From contig CAZEMN010000002.1 of NCBI GenBank assembly GCA_964513335.1, positions 1-46,932 of the forward strand: a stretch of DNA of 46,932 nucleotides. The letters are read 5' to 3'. This DNA comes from an uncultured Zetaproteobacteria bacterium (GTDB lineage: Bacteria > Pseudomonadota > Zetaproteobacteria > Mariprofundales > Mariprofundaceae). The notes under the pieces are model-generated. The model searched no databases. It had not been told where the DNA came from and saw nothing but the letters and a program-made list of their open reading frames with translations. This document shows, in pieces, positions 1 through 13,049 of the stretch. Positions within the stretch are counted from its first letter, which is position 1; every line of letters begins with the position of its first letter. A program made the translations under genes and the position numbers.

Positions 1-1355
1 TCCTCCAGCACAATGCCACGGGACGCCAGCTCATCACGGATGGCATCAGCACGGGTAAAATCGTGATTCTTCCTCGCCTGTCCCCGCTCGGCAATCAGCG
101 CCTCAATATGCGCGGCGTCTACATCATCCCCCTGAAACCATACATCCACACCTTCCTGCACAATGCCGAGCATGCCGCACATGGCCGTAAAGGAAGCCAC
201 AGACGCCGCCACATCTTCACCGGCATCCAGCGCCTTGTTTATACTGTGCGCCGTATCAAACAACACCGCCAGCGCTTCCGCCGTATTGAAATCATCATTC
301 ATGGCTAAAATAAAGTCAGGGGTGAGAAGTGAGGTGTCAAAGGAACTTTCCTCCTGACTCCTGACTCCTGACGTCTCACATCTTTTTATCGTCTCATACA
401 GACGATCAAGCCCTGCCTTCGCCGCTTCCAGCGCTGCGTCCGAGAAATCCAGCGGTGAACGGTAATGCGTGCCGAGAATGAACATGCGCAGCACTTCCGG
501 ATGGTATTTTTCGTAGACCTCGCGCAGGGTGAAGAAGTTGCCCAACGACTTGGACATCTTTTCTTCATTGATATTCACGAATCCATTATGCAACCAGTAG
601 CGGGCGAAACCGCCGCCATTGGCCGCACGCGCCTGCGCTATTTCATTCTCATGATGCGGAAACTTCAAATCCATGCCGCCGCCGTGAATATCGAAAGTAT
701 CGCCGAGATGGGTGCAACTCATGGCCGAACATTCGATATGCCAGCCGGGCCGTCCCTTGCCCCACGGCGCATCCCAGGCAGGTTCTCCCGGTTTGGCCAT
801 CTTCCACAATACAAAATCCAGCGGATCGCGTTTGGTCTCGTCCACTTCCACGCGGCTTCCCGCTTCCAGATCATCGATGTTCTTGCCGGAAAGCTGTCCA
901 TATGCCGGAAACTTGCGAACGGCATAAAGCACATCTCCTGAGTCGGCGACGTAGGCATAGTTCTGTTCCACCAACTCCTCAATCATGGTAATCATGGCAT
1001 CCATGTGAGCGGTAGCACGCGGTTCGGAAACCGGGCGCAGGCAACCCAGCGCATCCACATCCTCGTGAAACGCGGCAATCATTTCGGAAGTCAGCGCATC
1101 AATTGAAATGCCTCGTTCATGGGCGCGTTTGATAATCTTGTCATCCACATCGGTGAAATTGCGTACGTAATTCACCGCATAGCCAAGCTGTGTCAGCCAG
1201 CGGTAAATCACATCGAACACGACCATGACCCGCGCATGCCCCACATGACAATAGTCATACACGGTGACGCCGCAGACATACATGCCTGCCTTACCGGGAA
1301 TCAGCGGCGTAAAGACTTCCTTTTTACGGTTTAAGCTGTTGTAAATAGTCAGCAT
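1..1355 (-). CDS. cysS: Cysteinyl-tRNA synthetase. The N-terminus is in the window and the C-terminal end runs past position 1.
   Basis: The minus-strand translation from the ATG at complement(1353..1355) reads MLTIYNSLNRKKEVFTPL...CGVTVYDYCHVGHAR...KMSKSLGNFFTLREV. The class I HIGH-type (HVGH) and KMSKS motifs are both present. It is missing from the ORF track only because no stop codon lies inside the window. Confidence 0.93.
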   Translation of the reverse strand, partial: MLTIYNSLNRKKEVFTPLIPGKAGMYVCGVTVYDYCHVGHARVMVVFDVIYRWLTQLGYAVNYVRNFTDVDDKIIKRAHERGISIDALTSEMIAAFHEDVDALGCLRPVSEPRATAHMDAMITMIEELVEQNYAYVADSGDVLYAVRKFPAYGQLSGKNIDDLEAGSRVEVDETKRDPLDFVLWKMAKPGEPAWDAPWGKGRPGWHIECSAMSCTHLGDTFDIHGGGMDLKFPHHENEIAQARAANGGGFARYWLHNGFVNINEEKMSKSLGNFFTLREVYEKYHPEVLRMFILGTHYRSPLDFSDAALEAAKAGLDRLYETIKRCETSGVRSQEESSFDTSLLTPDFILAMNDDFNTAEALAVLFDTAHSINKALDAGEDVAASVASFTAMCGMLGIVQEGVDVWFQGDDVDAAHIEALIAERGQARKNHDFTRADAIRDELASRGIVLE

Positions 1356-1756
1356 TAGCCAACAAATGCCTGCATAGAAACAGCAGTTTCCGGTACAGAT
1401 GCCCGAAGCTTGTGATCCTCGGTGATCAAAGGAAGCTGCGCCTGTTCCGCCAATGCCAGATATTGAGCATCATAAGCGCTGATCTTCAATCTGGCCGCCA
1501 ATGTGAGCGCATCCGGCATGTTCACCTCGCACTCGCCCTCCGCCAGCAATGTCACTGCCGATCGCCATACCCGTTTACATGTTTCCAGATCAAGATTTCC
1601 GGTGCGTTCGCTCGTCGCCAGGATATTCAGGAATTCATGACGCCATAAGGACGGAACCAGCCAATAGCTGTCCTCCTTCCACACCTGTGCAGCCAAATCA
1701 CTTTTATCTCCGGCAATCAGGGCATAAGCCACGACATTTACATCCACAACAATCAT
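1355..1756 (-). CDS. vapC: PIN-domain toxin, VapC family
   Basis: The 133 aa product starts MIVVDVNVV and has later acidic positions (ITEDHKL), as expected for a PIN domain. It overlaps the upstream antitoxin ORF by 4 nt (ATGA). Confidence 0.85.
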   Translation of the reverse strand: MIVVDVNVVAYALIAGDKSDLAAQVWKEDSYWLVPSLWRHEFLNILATSERTGNLDLETCKRVWRSAVTLLAEGECEVNMPDALTLAARLKISAYDAQYLALAEQAQLPLITEDHKLRASVPETAVSMQAFVG

Positions 1757-1974
1757 ACCCGTCCCTGATTCCTTGCGCGATCAAGCCACGCATCATTGAT
1801 AGGTGATTTTCCGGCAACTGGTTTGGGCAACTCACGAACCCTGTCGGGCCTCATCAAACCTTCTTCCAAAATAGTCAAAGCTTCCCGTGTTAACGAGCGA
1901 TGGTGCTTACGCGCCTTATCCTTCAGACGATGATGAAGACTTTCCGGAAAATCCTTGATGACGAGGCCGGGCAT
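1753..1974 (-). CDS. vapB: Ribbon-helix-helix (Arc/FitA-like) antitoxin, VapB type
   Basis: The 73 aa product has an N-terminal LVIKDFPESLHHRLKDKARKHHRSLTREALTILEE, which resembles an RHH DNA-binding fold. An AAGGAG SD precedes the ATG, and the ORF is coupled to the PIN gene. Confidence 0.75.
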   Translation of the reverse strand: MPGLVIKDFPESLHHRLKDKARKHHRSLTREALTILEEGLMRPDRVRELPKPVAGKSPINDAWLDRARNQGRV

Positions 1975-1988
1975 GATGTTCTCCTTAC

Positions 1989-2050
1989 TAGCGAATTGCT
2001 AGCGAATTGCTAGCTTCGTATCCCCAATCTGTCAACCGGGCAGTGCTAGC
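1989..2050 (-). promoter_or_regulatory. Putative vapBC promoter/operator, with 11-bp tandem units carrying GCTAGC palindromes
   Basis: The unit tagcgaattgc occurs at 1989-1999 and 2000-2010, followed by tagc. GCTAGC hexamers lie at 1998, 2009 and 2045. On the minus strand a TTGACA (complement of 2030-2035) sits 17 nt upstream of a TAGCAA box that lies inside the repeats. Confidence 0.4.
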
Positions 2051-2054
2051 AAGC

Positions 2055-3434
2055 TTATGAAATTCGCTGAATCATATCCTCAAGGCGCTTGCGCACGCCA
2101 CCTTCTCCCAGGAACCCAACGATGCCGGACATCTCCGGGCCATGAAGCGCTCCCGTCAATGCCACGCGCAAGGGCATGAACAACCCCTTGCCTGTACGCC
2201 CTGTTTTCTCCTTAATAGTCTGAACCCATATTTTCCAATCATTTTCATTTCGCGCCATGCCGTTCCATGCATCCAGCGCAGCCTGATAAAATACGGCCCC
2301 GGCATCATTCGCCACGGATTTGGCCTCTTCGCTTAAATCCGATCCGGCATCCAGCATGCGCCGGTAGGCCAGCACATCCTCCGCCCGCTCCATATTCCCC
2401 TGCACCAGAAGAGCGAAGGATTCATCGGCTCCGGGCAGGTGTTCGCGCACCTGAACCAGCAACGTATTGACTGGCAGGTTATGAAGCAGACGCGTATGCC
2501 AACGCCACATTTCATCGTCCGACCAGCGAACCGCCGCCGTGGACACATGCCGCGCATCGAAATGCTGCATCAATGCATCCAGTGACAACGCATCTTCGGA
2601 TATGTTCGGATGCCCGAGTCGCACTATCGCCTGCGCCAGCGCTATCGGCATAAGCCCCTCTTGCCGCAACTCCGCAGCACTGTGACTGCCCGAACGCTTG
2701 GACAACTTCGCGCCATCCCGGCCCAGCAGCAGGCCGTGATGCAGATATGCGGGCACACTCCTATCCAGATGCTGCAATAGCCATACCTGATAGGCCGAGT
2801 TGGTCAGGTGATCGTCGCCGCGCATCACATGGGTTACACCGTCTGTTGCATCGTCCACGGCATTGGGCAGCAAAAAAGTAAAGGAATCGTCTGAGCGCAC
2901 AATCACCGGATCATCCAGATCATGACAGGCAAAGTGCACATCGCCTCGCAATACATCCGGAACAATCACTTCGCCATCGTCCTGATGAACAGCCAGACGC
3001 CAGACATGCGCTTCATGTTCGGCACGGGAGGCCGACTCCTTCGATGAAAAGTTCCGGCAGCGACCAGTATATCGAGGGGGGAGTCCACGGGATGCTGCCA
3101 GTTTACGGTCCAGTGCCAGTTGGCCCTCCGTGCAGAAGCAGCGGTAAGCCATTCCCCGTTGCGCCAACTGTTCCAGAGCCTGCCGGTGCTGTGCAGCCTG
3201 ATCCGACTGAAACAGGATATCTCCGTCCCAGTTCAGACCCAGCCAGCTTAAATCGTCGCAAATGGCCTGGATAAACTGCTTTTCCGAGCGCTCCCGATCC
3301 GTATCTTCAAAACGCAGCAAAAAACGCCCACCACATTTCCTGGCATACAGCCAGTTGAGCAATGCGGTACGCACATTGCCCAGATGCAATAATCCGGTCG
3401 GGCTGGGTGCAAAGCGGGTGACAATTTCACTCAT
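2055..3434 (-). CDS. gltX: Glutamyl-tRNA synthetase
   Basis: The 459 aa product starts MSEIVTRFAPSPTGLLHLGNVRTALLNW and contains KLSKRSG (the KMSKS equivalent). It is full length and includes a C-terminal anticodon-binding region. Confidence 0.95.
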   Translation of the reverse strand: MSEIVTRFAPSPTGLLHLGNVRTALLNWLYARKCGGRFLLRFEDTDRERSEKQFIQAICDDLSWLGLNWDGDILFQSDQAAQHRQALEQLAQRGMAYRCFCTEGQLALDRKLAASRGLPPRYTGRCRNFSSKESASRAEHEAHVWRLAVHQDDGEVIVPDVLRGDVHFACHDLDDPVIVRSDDSFTFLLPNAVDDATDGVTHVMRGDDHLTNSAYQVWLLQHLDRSVPAYLHHGLLLGRDGAKLSKRSGSHSAAELRQEGLMPIALAQAIVRLGHPNISEDALSLDALMQHFDARHVSTAAVRWSDDEMWRWHTRLLHNLPVNTLLVQVREHLPGADESFALLVQGNMERAEDVLAYRRMLDAGSDLSEEAKSVANDAGAVFYQAALDAWNGMARNENDWKIWVQTIKEKTGRTGKGLFMPLRVALTGALHGPEMSGIVGFLGEGGVRKRLEDMIQRIS

Positions 3435-3714
3435 GCGCGTTTCTTCCCTTTTTCTGAGTCCCCTTCTTCGGAAGAATCAGCATGTATTCATCGGGGTGCA
3501 CATACCCGAGTTCACGGTGTACGAGCTCCTCCAAAGCCTTGGGGTCGTGGCGCAGACGCAGTACTTCTTTGGCCAGTCTTTCCCTTTGCTGCCGTAGTTT
3601 GGTCACCTCGGCCCGTAAGTCTGAAAGACCCTGTTGTTCCTTGCGGTAAACAAGATAACCGTGGTCGGAAAGGACAAGATTATAGGCCATTGTGGCAAGA
3701 AGTGCCCAAATCAA
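3427..3714 (-). CDS. ftsB: Cell division protein FtsB (septum formation initiator). The start codon is uncertain.
   Basis: One N-terminal TM segment is followed by a coiled coil (LRAEVTKLRQQRERLAKEVLRLRHDPKALEELVHRELGYV), and the gene sits downstream of eno, its usual position. The track start is TTG. The frame stays open upstream to a TAA at about 3771 with no ATG/GTG, and an AAGAGG SD lies at complement(3772-3777). Confidence 0.75.
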   Translation of the reverse strand: MIWALLATMAYNLVLSDHGYLVYRKEQQGLSDLRAEVTKLRQQRERLAKEVLRLRHDPKALEELVHRELGYVHPDEYMLILPKKGTQKKGRNAHE

Positions 3715-3778
3715 CGTCCAGCCCAGCCACCGCCGGACCCGGCTTGCCAGTCCCCGCTTCTTCAGTCTTTACCTCTTA

Positions 3779-3963
3779 ACCTGCATTATCCATAAATCGC
3801 CGTGATGATTGCGCAGGAACTTTGTTCGCAACGGACAGCGTGGCCCCGAAGCGGCCATTCCATAGGAAGGAGACCGTAGCTATGCATACGGATGACCGAC
3901 GAGGGATTCGTTGCGAACAAAGGGACCAGCAAGGGCATGGCAGCATTTGTGAATAATGCAGGT
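3779..3963. mobile_element. MITE-like palindromic element, family 1, copy A
   Basis: Terminal inverted repeats are acctgcattatccataaat and atttgtgaataatgcaggt, flanked by TA on both sides. The internal core (cgccgtgatgattgcg, ctttgttcgcaacgga, gaccgtagc.atgcatacgga, cgttgcgaacaaagg) is shared with the copies at 33264-33495 and 40671-40874. Confidence 0.7.
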
Positions 3964-3974
3964 TAGTAATCCTG

Positions 3975-5270
<1,296 letters not shown>

Positions 5271-5281
5271 TCACTACAAGT

Positions 5282-5356
5282 GGAAAATCGGGGACAGTTT
5301 ACTTTCTTCCCCGGCAAAGCCGAGCACGGGAAAAAGTAAACTGTCCCCGATTTTCC
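5282..5356. repeat. Perfect 24-bp inverted repeat (long hairpin) between kdsA and eno
   Basis: ggaaaatcggggacagtttacttt (5282-5305) is the exact reverse complement of aaagtaaactgtccccgattttcc (5333-5356). The 27-nt spacer itself has partly complementary ends. Confidence 0.6.
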
Positions 5357-5369
5357 GTGTCCTTGTGAT

Positions 5370-7861
<2,492 letters not shown>

Positions 7862-7901
7862 TTATCAGATGGCTGTTACTCACGCCACCTAAAAAGACAA
7901 G

Positions 7902-10900
7902 TTATCCCATCCACTTTCGGGCATTACGGAACATACGCAACCACGGGCCATCCTCACCCCATTCCGCCGGGTGCCACGAGTGCTGCACCGTTCGAAACAG
8001 CCGCTCCGGATGCGGCATCATAATGGTGAAGCGGCCATCGGGCGTAGTGAAGCCGGTTAAACCATCCGGTGAACCGTTCGGATTATACGGATAGGTGCTT
8101 GCAGGCCTCCCATCCGGGCCCAGATAGCGGAGAGACGCCATGGCAAAAGCCTGCTGCTCGTTTGAGTCGAATTCTGCTCTGCCTTCACCATGCGCCACCA
8201 CCAGTGGCAGTTTCGATCCGACCATGCCATCCATCAATATGGAAGGCGAATCCAGCACCTCTACCATCAGCAACCTTGCTTCAAACTGCTCGGAACGATT
8301 GCGCACGAACCGTGGCCAGCGCTGTGCTCCAGGAATCATGGATTTCAGGTTTGCCATCATCTGGCAACCATTGCATACGCCCAACGCAAAGGTATCGGAA
8401 CGATGGAAAAACGCCGCGAATTCGTCCCTGGCCTGGTGATTGAATAGAATAGAGTTGGCCCAACCACGTCCCGCACCCATCACATCACCGAACGAAAACC
8501 CGCCACAGACCGCAAGTCCCTGAACATCCGTCAGAGAAATACGCCCCTCAATGATGTCGGACATATGCACATCCACACACGCAAAACCCGCCCGGTCAAA
8601 GGCCGCCGCCATTTCTACCTGGCCGTTCACGCCCTGCTCACGCAGCACAGCCATTCCCGGTCTGCCCAGATTCACAAATGGTGCGGCAATATCCTCACAC
8701 GGGTCAAACGTAAGCTCGGCGAACAATCCGCCATCCTTGTCATGATGAATAGCCTCGAATGCCTCCCCGGTGCACTCCGGGTTGTCACGCAGGCTGGCGA
8801 TGCGGTAACCGGTTTCACTCCATGTCTGCTGTAAATTTGTGACAGGTTCGTCGATCAGGGCACCTTTCCGGCCCTCTATAAAAACAATCCGGTCCTTACG
8901 CGGATGACCAATGATGTGTGAGACATGCGCCAACCCACAATCAGCCAGATAAGACAGTACGGTCTCACGCTCATTCCGGCGTATCTGAATCACCGCGCCC
9001 AACTCCTCGGCAAAGAGAATAGCCAGATCATCATACCCCAGAGCAGCCAGATGCACCGTGATGCCGCAACGCCCGGCAAAAGCCATTTCACACAGGGTGG
9101 CAAGCAAACCGCCATCGGACCGGTCATGGTAGGCAAGCAACAGATTCCGACGATTCAGGTGCTGGATGGCATTGAAAAACGCCTTCAACAACGCCGGATC
9201 ACCCACATCGGGGGTCTCGTCGCCGCTTGCCCCGTACACCTGCGCCAGCGCCGAGCCGCCGAGCCGGTGTTTTCCATTCCCCAGATCAATCAGAATCAGG
9301 TCGGTATCGCCCTGATCCATCCGCAACTCCGGCGTACACGTTTTACGCGCGTCACGAACCGGCGCAAAGGCCGATACATTAAGCGATAACGGCGCAATCA
9401 TTTCACGCCCGATTATTTCACCTCGATCGCCAACCACATCCCACACCGTCTTCATGGACAGCGAATCCTTGCCCACCGGAATGGATACCCCCAGCGCCGG
9501 ACACAGTTCCATACCTACGGCCTTCACCGTTTCATACAGTTTGGCATCTTCGCCCGCATGTCCACAGGCCGCCATCCAGTTGGCCGACAATTTCACATCG
9601 GAAAGTTTATCGATGCATGCCGCCGCGATATTGGTGATGGCTTCACCCACCGCCATGGGTCCGGAAGCCGGTCCATTGAGCACCGCCACCGGCGTGCGTT
9701 CACCCATGGACATGGCCTCGCCTGAATACCCTTCATAATCCGTCAGGGTGACGGCGCAATCGGCCACCGGCACCTGCCATGGACCCACCATCTGGTCGCG
9801 GGCAACAAGTCCTGTGACCGAACGATCACCAATGGTGATGAGAAATTCCTTGCCGGCTACCGCAGGAAGACGCAACACACGCATGGCTGCCTCGCGTACA
9901 TCAATGGCATCCCGTTCAAGCGGAACGGTGCGTGCAGGAATGTGCTCGGCCACACGCGTCATTTTCGGCGGTTTGCCAAGCAGTACATCAAGCGGAAGAT
10001 TAACGGGCTGGTTGCTGAAAACCGGGTCATTCACGGCAAGGTTCCGTGCTTCCGTAACTTCGCCAAGGACGGCAAACGGGCAGCGTTCACGTTCGGCCAT
10101 TTCTCTGAACAAGCCCAGCGACGTCTTGTCAATCGCCAGCACATAGCGCTCCTGCGCCTCATTGCACCAAATCTGCATCGGACTCATGCCCTGTTCCATA
10201 TTGTGCACGGCCCGCAAATCAATCCAGCCGCCACGTCCGGCATCGTTAATCAGTTCCGGTACGGCATTGGATAATCCACCCGCACCAACATCGTGAATAA
10301 ACAGAATGGGATTTTCCACCCCCATCTGCCAGCAGCGATCCAGCACCTCCTGGCAACGGCGTTCCATCTCGGGATTACCGCGCTGAACTGAATTGAAATC
10401 GAGTGCTTCCACATTGCTACCTGCATCCATGCTGGATGCCGCGCCGCCACCCAGACCGATCAGCATGGCGGGTCCGCCCAACTGAATAATCAGGGAACCC
10501 TCGGGCACCTCGCGTTTATGGATGTGGCGGGCATCAATATTGCCCACCCCGCCGGCAATCATGACGGGCTTGTGGTAGCCATACAGGGTGTCGCCCACCT
10601 CTTGCTCGAATGTACGAAAATAGCCACAGATGTTGGGACGGCCGAACTCGTTATTAAAGGCGGCCGCGCCGATCGGCCCCTCGATCATGATATCCAGCGC
10701 CGAAGCAATACGCCCGGGCTTGCCGAAATCCTGCTCCCATGGCTGCTCAAAACCCGGGATACGTAAATTGGAGACCGCAAACCCGCACAGTCCCGCCTTG
10801 GGTTTGCCACCAATGCCGGTCGCCCCCTCATCGCGAATCTCGCCACCGGAACCGGTAGCCGCCCCTGAAAACGGTGAAATCGCGGTGGGATGATTATGCG

Positions 10901-11798
10901 TCTCCACCTTCATCAGGATGTGGGTATCAGCTTCATGCCGGACATACGCGCCATTGGCATCGGGATGGAATCGCTGCGCTTTCGCTCCCTCGATCACCGA
11001 GGAATTATCGCTGTAGGCCACCAGCGTACCTTCCGGGTGCATTTCATGGGTGTGGCGAATCATCGAAAACAGTGATTGCTCCTGTGGCCTGCCATCGATC
11101 ACCCAATCCGCATTGAAAATCTTGTGCCTGCAATGCTCGGAATTGGCCTGCGCAAACATCATCAATTCAGCATCCGTCGGATTGCGTCCAACAGACATAA
11201 AATACTTCAGCAAATATTCAATTTCGTCTTCGGCCAGCGCCAGACCCATGTTCCGATTGGCTGTTTCCAGTGCTGAACGGCCACCCGAAACAATATCCAC
11301 GCTCACCAGTGGCGCAGGCCGTTGATGGGAGAACAGTTGCGTCAGGTCATCAGGATCACGTAAAACCGATTCCGTCATACGATCATGAATAAATTTTGCA
11401 ACAGTTTCACTCGTATCCGGATTCATGCCGGAGAATGAATAAGCCACAATCCTCTCCAGCCGGATCAGTGCATTCAGCCCACACAGCCGGGCAATGTCCG
11501 TCGCCTTGGAGGACCATGGACTAATGGTGCCAATACGCGGCGTCACCAGAAACAACGCATCCGCGGTTTTTGCTTCAAAGCTTTTCGGCGGAGCCCCAAG
11601 AATACCCGCCAACCGCTCCCTATCACTCTCCAGCCATGCGGCATCCACTTCTGCCACGTAAACAAACGATGCTTCCATGCGGGGTGTCGAGACACCCTGC
11701 TCTACCAATGCATCCATCAGTTTTTGCTTGCGAAAGGCGGAGAGAGCCGTGCCACCCCGCAATATGATTAAGTGTGGTTCAGACGTATCTGGAGACAT
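7902..11798 (-). CDS. purL: Phosphoribosylformylglycinamidine synthase, large single-chain form
   Basis: The 1298 aa product has a C-terminal GATase domain with GVCNGCQMM and the typical FGAM synthetase repeats. Confidence 0.97.
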   Translation of the reverse strand: MSPDTSEPHLIILRGGTALSAFRKQKLMDALVEQGVSTPRMEASFVYVAEVDAAWLESDRERLAGILGAPPKSFEAKTADALFLVTPRIGTISPWSSKATDIARLCGLNALIRLERIVAYSFSGMNPDTSETVAKFIHDRMTESVLRDPDDLTQLFSHQRPAPLVSVDIVSGGRSALETANRNMGLALAEDEIEYLLKYFMSVGRNPTDAELMMFAQANSEHCRHKIFNADWVIDGRPQEQSLFSMIRHTHEMHPEGTLVAYSDNSSVIEGAKAQRFHPDANGAYVRHEADTHILMKVETHNHPTAISPFSGAATGSGGEIRDEGATGIGGKPKAGLCGFAVSNLRIPGFEQPWEQDFGKPGRIASALDIMIEGPIGAAAFNNEFGRPNICGYFRTFEQEVGDTLYGYHKPVMIAGGVGNIDARHIHKREVPEGSLIIQLGGPAMLIGLGGGAASSMDAGSNVEALDFNSVQRGNPEMERRCQEVLDRCWQMGVENPILFIHDVGAGGLSNAVPELINDAGRGGWIDLRAVHNMEQGMSPMQIWCNEAQERYVLAIDKTSLGLFREMAERERCPFAVLGEVTEARNLAVNDPVFSNQPVNLPLDVLLGKPPKMTRVAEHIPARTVPLERDAIDVREAAMRVLRLPAVAGKEFLITIGDRSVTGLVARDQMVGPWQVPVADCAVTLTDYEGYSGEAMSMGERTPVAVLNGPASGPMAVGEAITNIAAACIDKLSDVKLSANWMAACGHAGEDAKLYETVKAVGMELCPALGVSIPVGKDSLSMKTVWDVVGDRGEIIGREMIAPLSLNVSAFAPVRDARKTCTPELRMDQGDTDLILIDLGNGKHRLGGSALAQVYGASGDETPDVGDPALLKAFFNAIQHLNRRNLLLAYHDRSDGGLLATLCEMAFAGRCGITVHLAALGYDDLAILFAEELGAVIQIRRNERETVLSYLADCGLAHVSHIIGHPRKDRIVFIEGRKGALIDEPVTNLQQTWSETGYRIASLRDNPECTGEAFEAIHHDKDGGLFAELTFDPCEDIAAPFVNLGRPGMAVLREQGVNGQVEMAAAFDRAGFACVDVHMSDIIEGRISLTDVQGLAVCGGFSFGDVMGAGRGWANSILFNHQARDEFAAFFHRSDTFALGVCNGCQMMANLKSMIPGAQRWPRFVRNRSEQFEARLLMVEVLDSPSILMDGMVGSKLPLVVAHGEGRAEFDSNEQQAFAMASLRYLGPDGRPASTYPYNPNGSPDGLTGFTTPDGRFTIMMPHPERLFRTVQHSWHPAEWGEDGPWLRMFRNARKWMG

Positions 11799-11865
11799 GG
11801 GTGCATCCTATGGACTGATGTATCGAAGCCAAGTGATATTCGTGGAAAACCGATTTACAGCGTAG

Positions 11866-12180
11866 CTACTCCAGATGCAGACCAACCACACGGCTTAATG
11901 GCATGGTAATCGCCATCCCCATGCCGGGCTCATCCAACTTGCCGGCTTTCACCACAGCATCCAGCACCTGATCCGTAATTTTGCCCGGAACCACAATAAA
12001 CACGACTTCTTTCTCCGGCTGGATGAGGCTTCCCAGCACCCCCAGCTTTTCGCGTACCCCGGAACCACGCCCGTAGGCCGTGGTCGAACCGGTCGCCCCT
12101 GCCCTGGCCGCGGCTTCGATTAAAGCCTCCGCCTCACCGCGCTGTACTACCGTAATAATGAGTTCATTTTGTTGCGACAT
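11866..12180 (-). CDS. P-II-like (GlnB-fold) small signalling protein
   Basis: From the internal ATG at complement(12178-12180), preceded by AAGGAGG, the 104 aa product reads MSQQNELIITVVQRGEAEALIEAAARAGATGSTTAYGRGSG. This is a beta-alpha-beta P-II-type pattern without the canonical GlnB T-loop sequence. The ORF overlaps the 3' end of the upstream DUF1538 gene. Confidence 0.7.
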   Translation of the reverse strand: MSQQNELIITVVQRGEAEALIEAAARAGATGSTTAYGRGSGVREKLGVLGSLIQPEKEVVFIVVPGKITDQVLDAVVKAGKLDEPGMGMAITMPLSRVVGLHLE

Positions 12181-12904
12181 GCGCACCTCCTTGCGATTGG
12201 GCCCGCTCAATGAGTGCACCCATGATTGAAACTGTAAAAATCGGCCCCGCTGATGCGAGCGCCAGAATACCAAATGCCTGATGCAACGGCGCGGGCGCTA
12301 CGCCCAGCCCCAAAGCCAGCACCAGCGGAACGGTAATCGGCCCCGTGGTCACTCCCGCTGAGTCCCATGCAATATTGTTGAACCGATCCGACCCCATGTA
12401 ACCCAGAAGGGCCAGTAAACTGTAGGCAGGCAGAATAAAATACCACAGGGGCAATCCCAGCACCGTCATGACAAGCCCCGCCGCCACGCCCAGAGCCACA
12501 CCCGTGCCGACCGTATGAATCAACCATGTACGGCGGCAGGCGCCACTGGTGATTTGCTCCACTTCAATCCCCATGGCAGCCAGTGCAGGTTCGGCAATGG
12601 TGGCGCCATAACCCAGCAACAGCGCAAAAATAATCAGTGTCCCGCTGATGGACACATGCCCCGACGGATCGGTTGCGGCAGCTAGCAAATGATCCCCTAC
12701 CTGACTACCCAGAGGCATAAGCCCGGTTGTTAATCCTTTGAGAAAAACCATATATCCCACTACACACAGCAGCAGACCAATGAACATACGCAAATTGATG
12801 CCCGCTCTGGAACCCAGAATGACACGTTGCAGGAACAGCATGCCAAGCACCAGGGGTATAATTGCTTCAGCCGCTGTTTCCAGCGCACTCAACCATGCAT
12901 TCAT
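12164..12904 (-). CDS. DUF1538-family polytopic membrane protein (second of a pair)
   Basis: The 246 aa product is multi-TM and carries AWDSAGVTTGPITVPLVLALGLG, which is also conserved in the neighbouring paralogue. Confidence 0.78.
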   Translation of the reverse strand: MNAWLSALETAAEAIIPLVLGMLFLQRVILGSRAGINLRMFIGLLLCVVGYMVFLKGLTTGLMPLGSQVGDHLLAAATDPSGHVSISGTLIIFALLLGYGATIAEPALAAMGIEVEQITSGACRRTWLIHTVGTGVALGVAAGLVMTVLGLPLWYFILPAYSLLALLGYMGSDRFNNIAWDSAGVTTGPITVPLVLALGLGVAPAPLHQAFGILALASAGPIFTVSIMGALIERAQSQGGAHVATK

Positions 12905-13047
12905 GGTAACTGCTCAGATGTTCTAGATTTTGTTTCATGGCAAGGCGCGAGAAGCGCAGAACCGGAGCATATGCATCTATATGTGAGGATTCGAGTATCG
13001 CAGCAACGCCGCCATGGAGCAAAATACGGGGCAGGTGGGCAGTTACC
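12905..13047. mobile_element. MITE-like element, family 2, copy 1, inserted between the two DUF1538 genes
   Basis: The TIRs are ggtaactgc and gcagttacc, flanked by the direct repeat attcat (12899-12904 and 13048-13053). By eye it is roughly 80 percent identical to 45959-46102. Confidence 0.75.
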
Positions 13048-13049
13048 AT

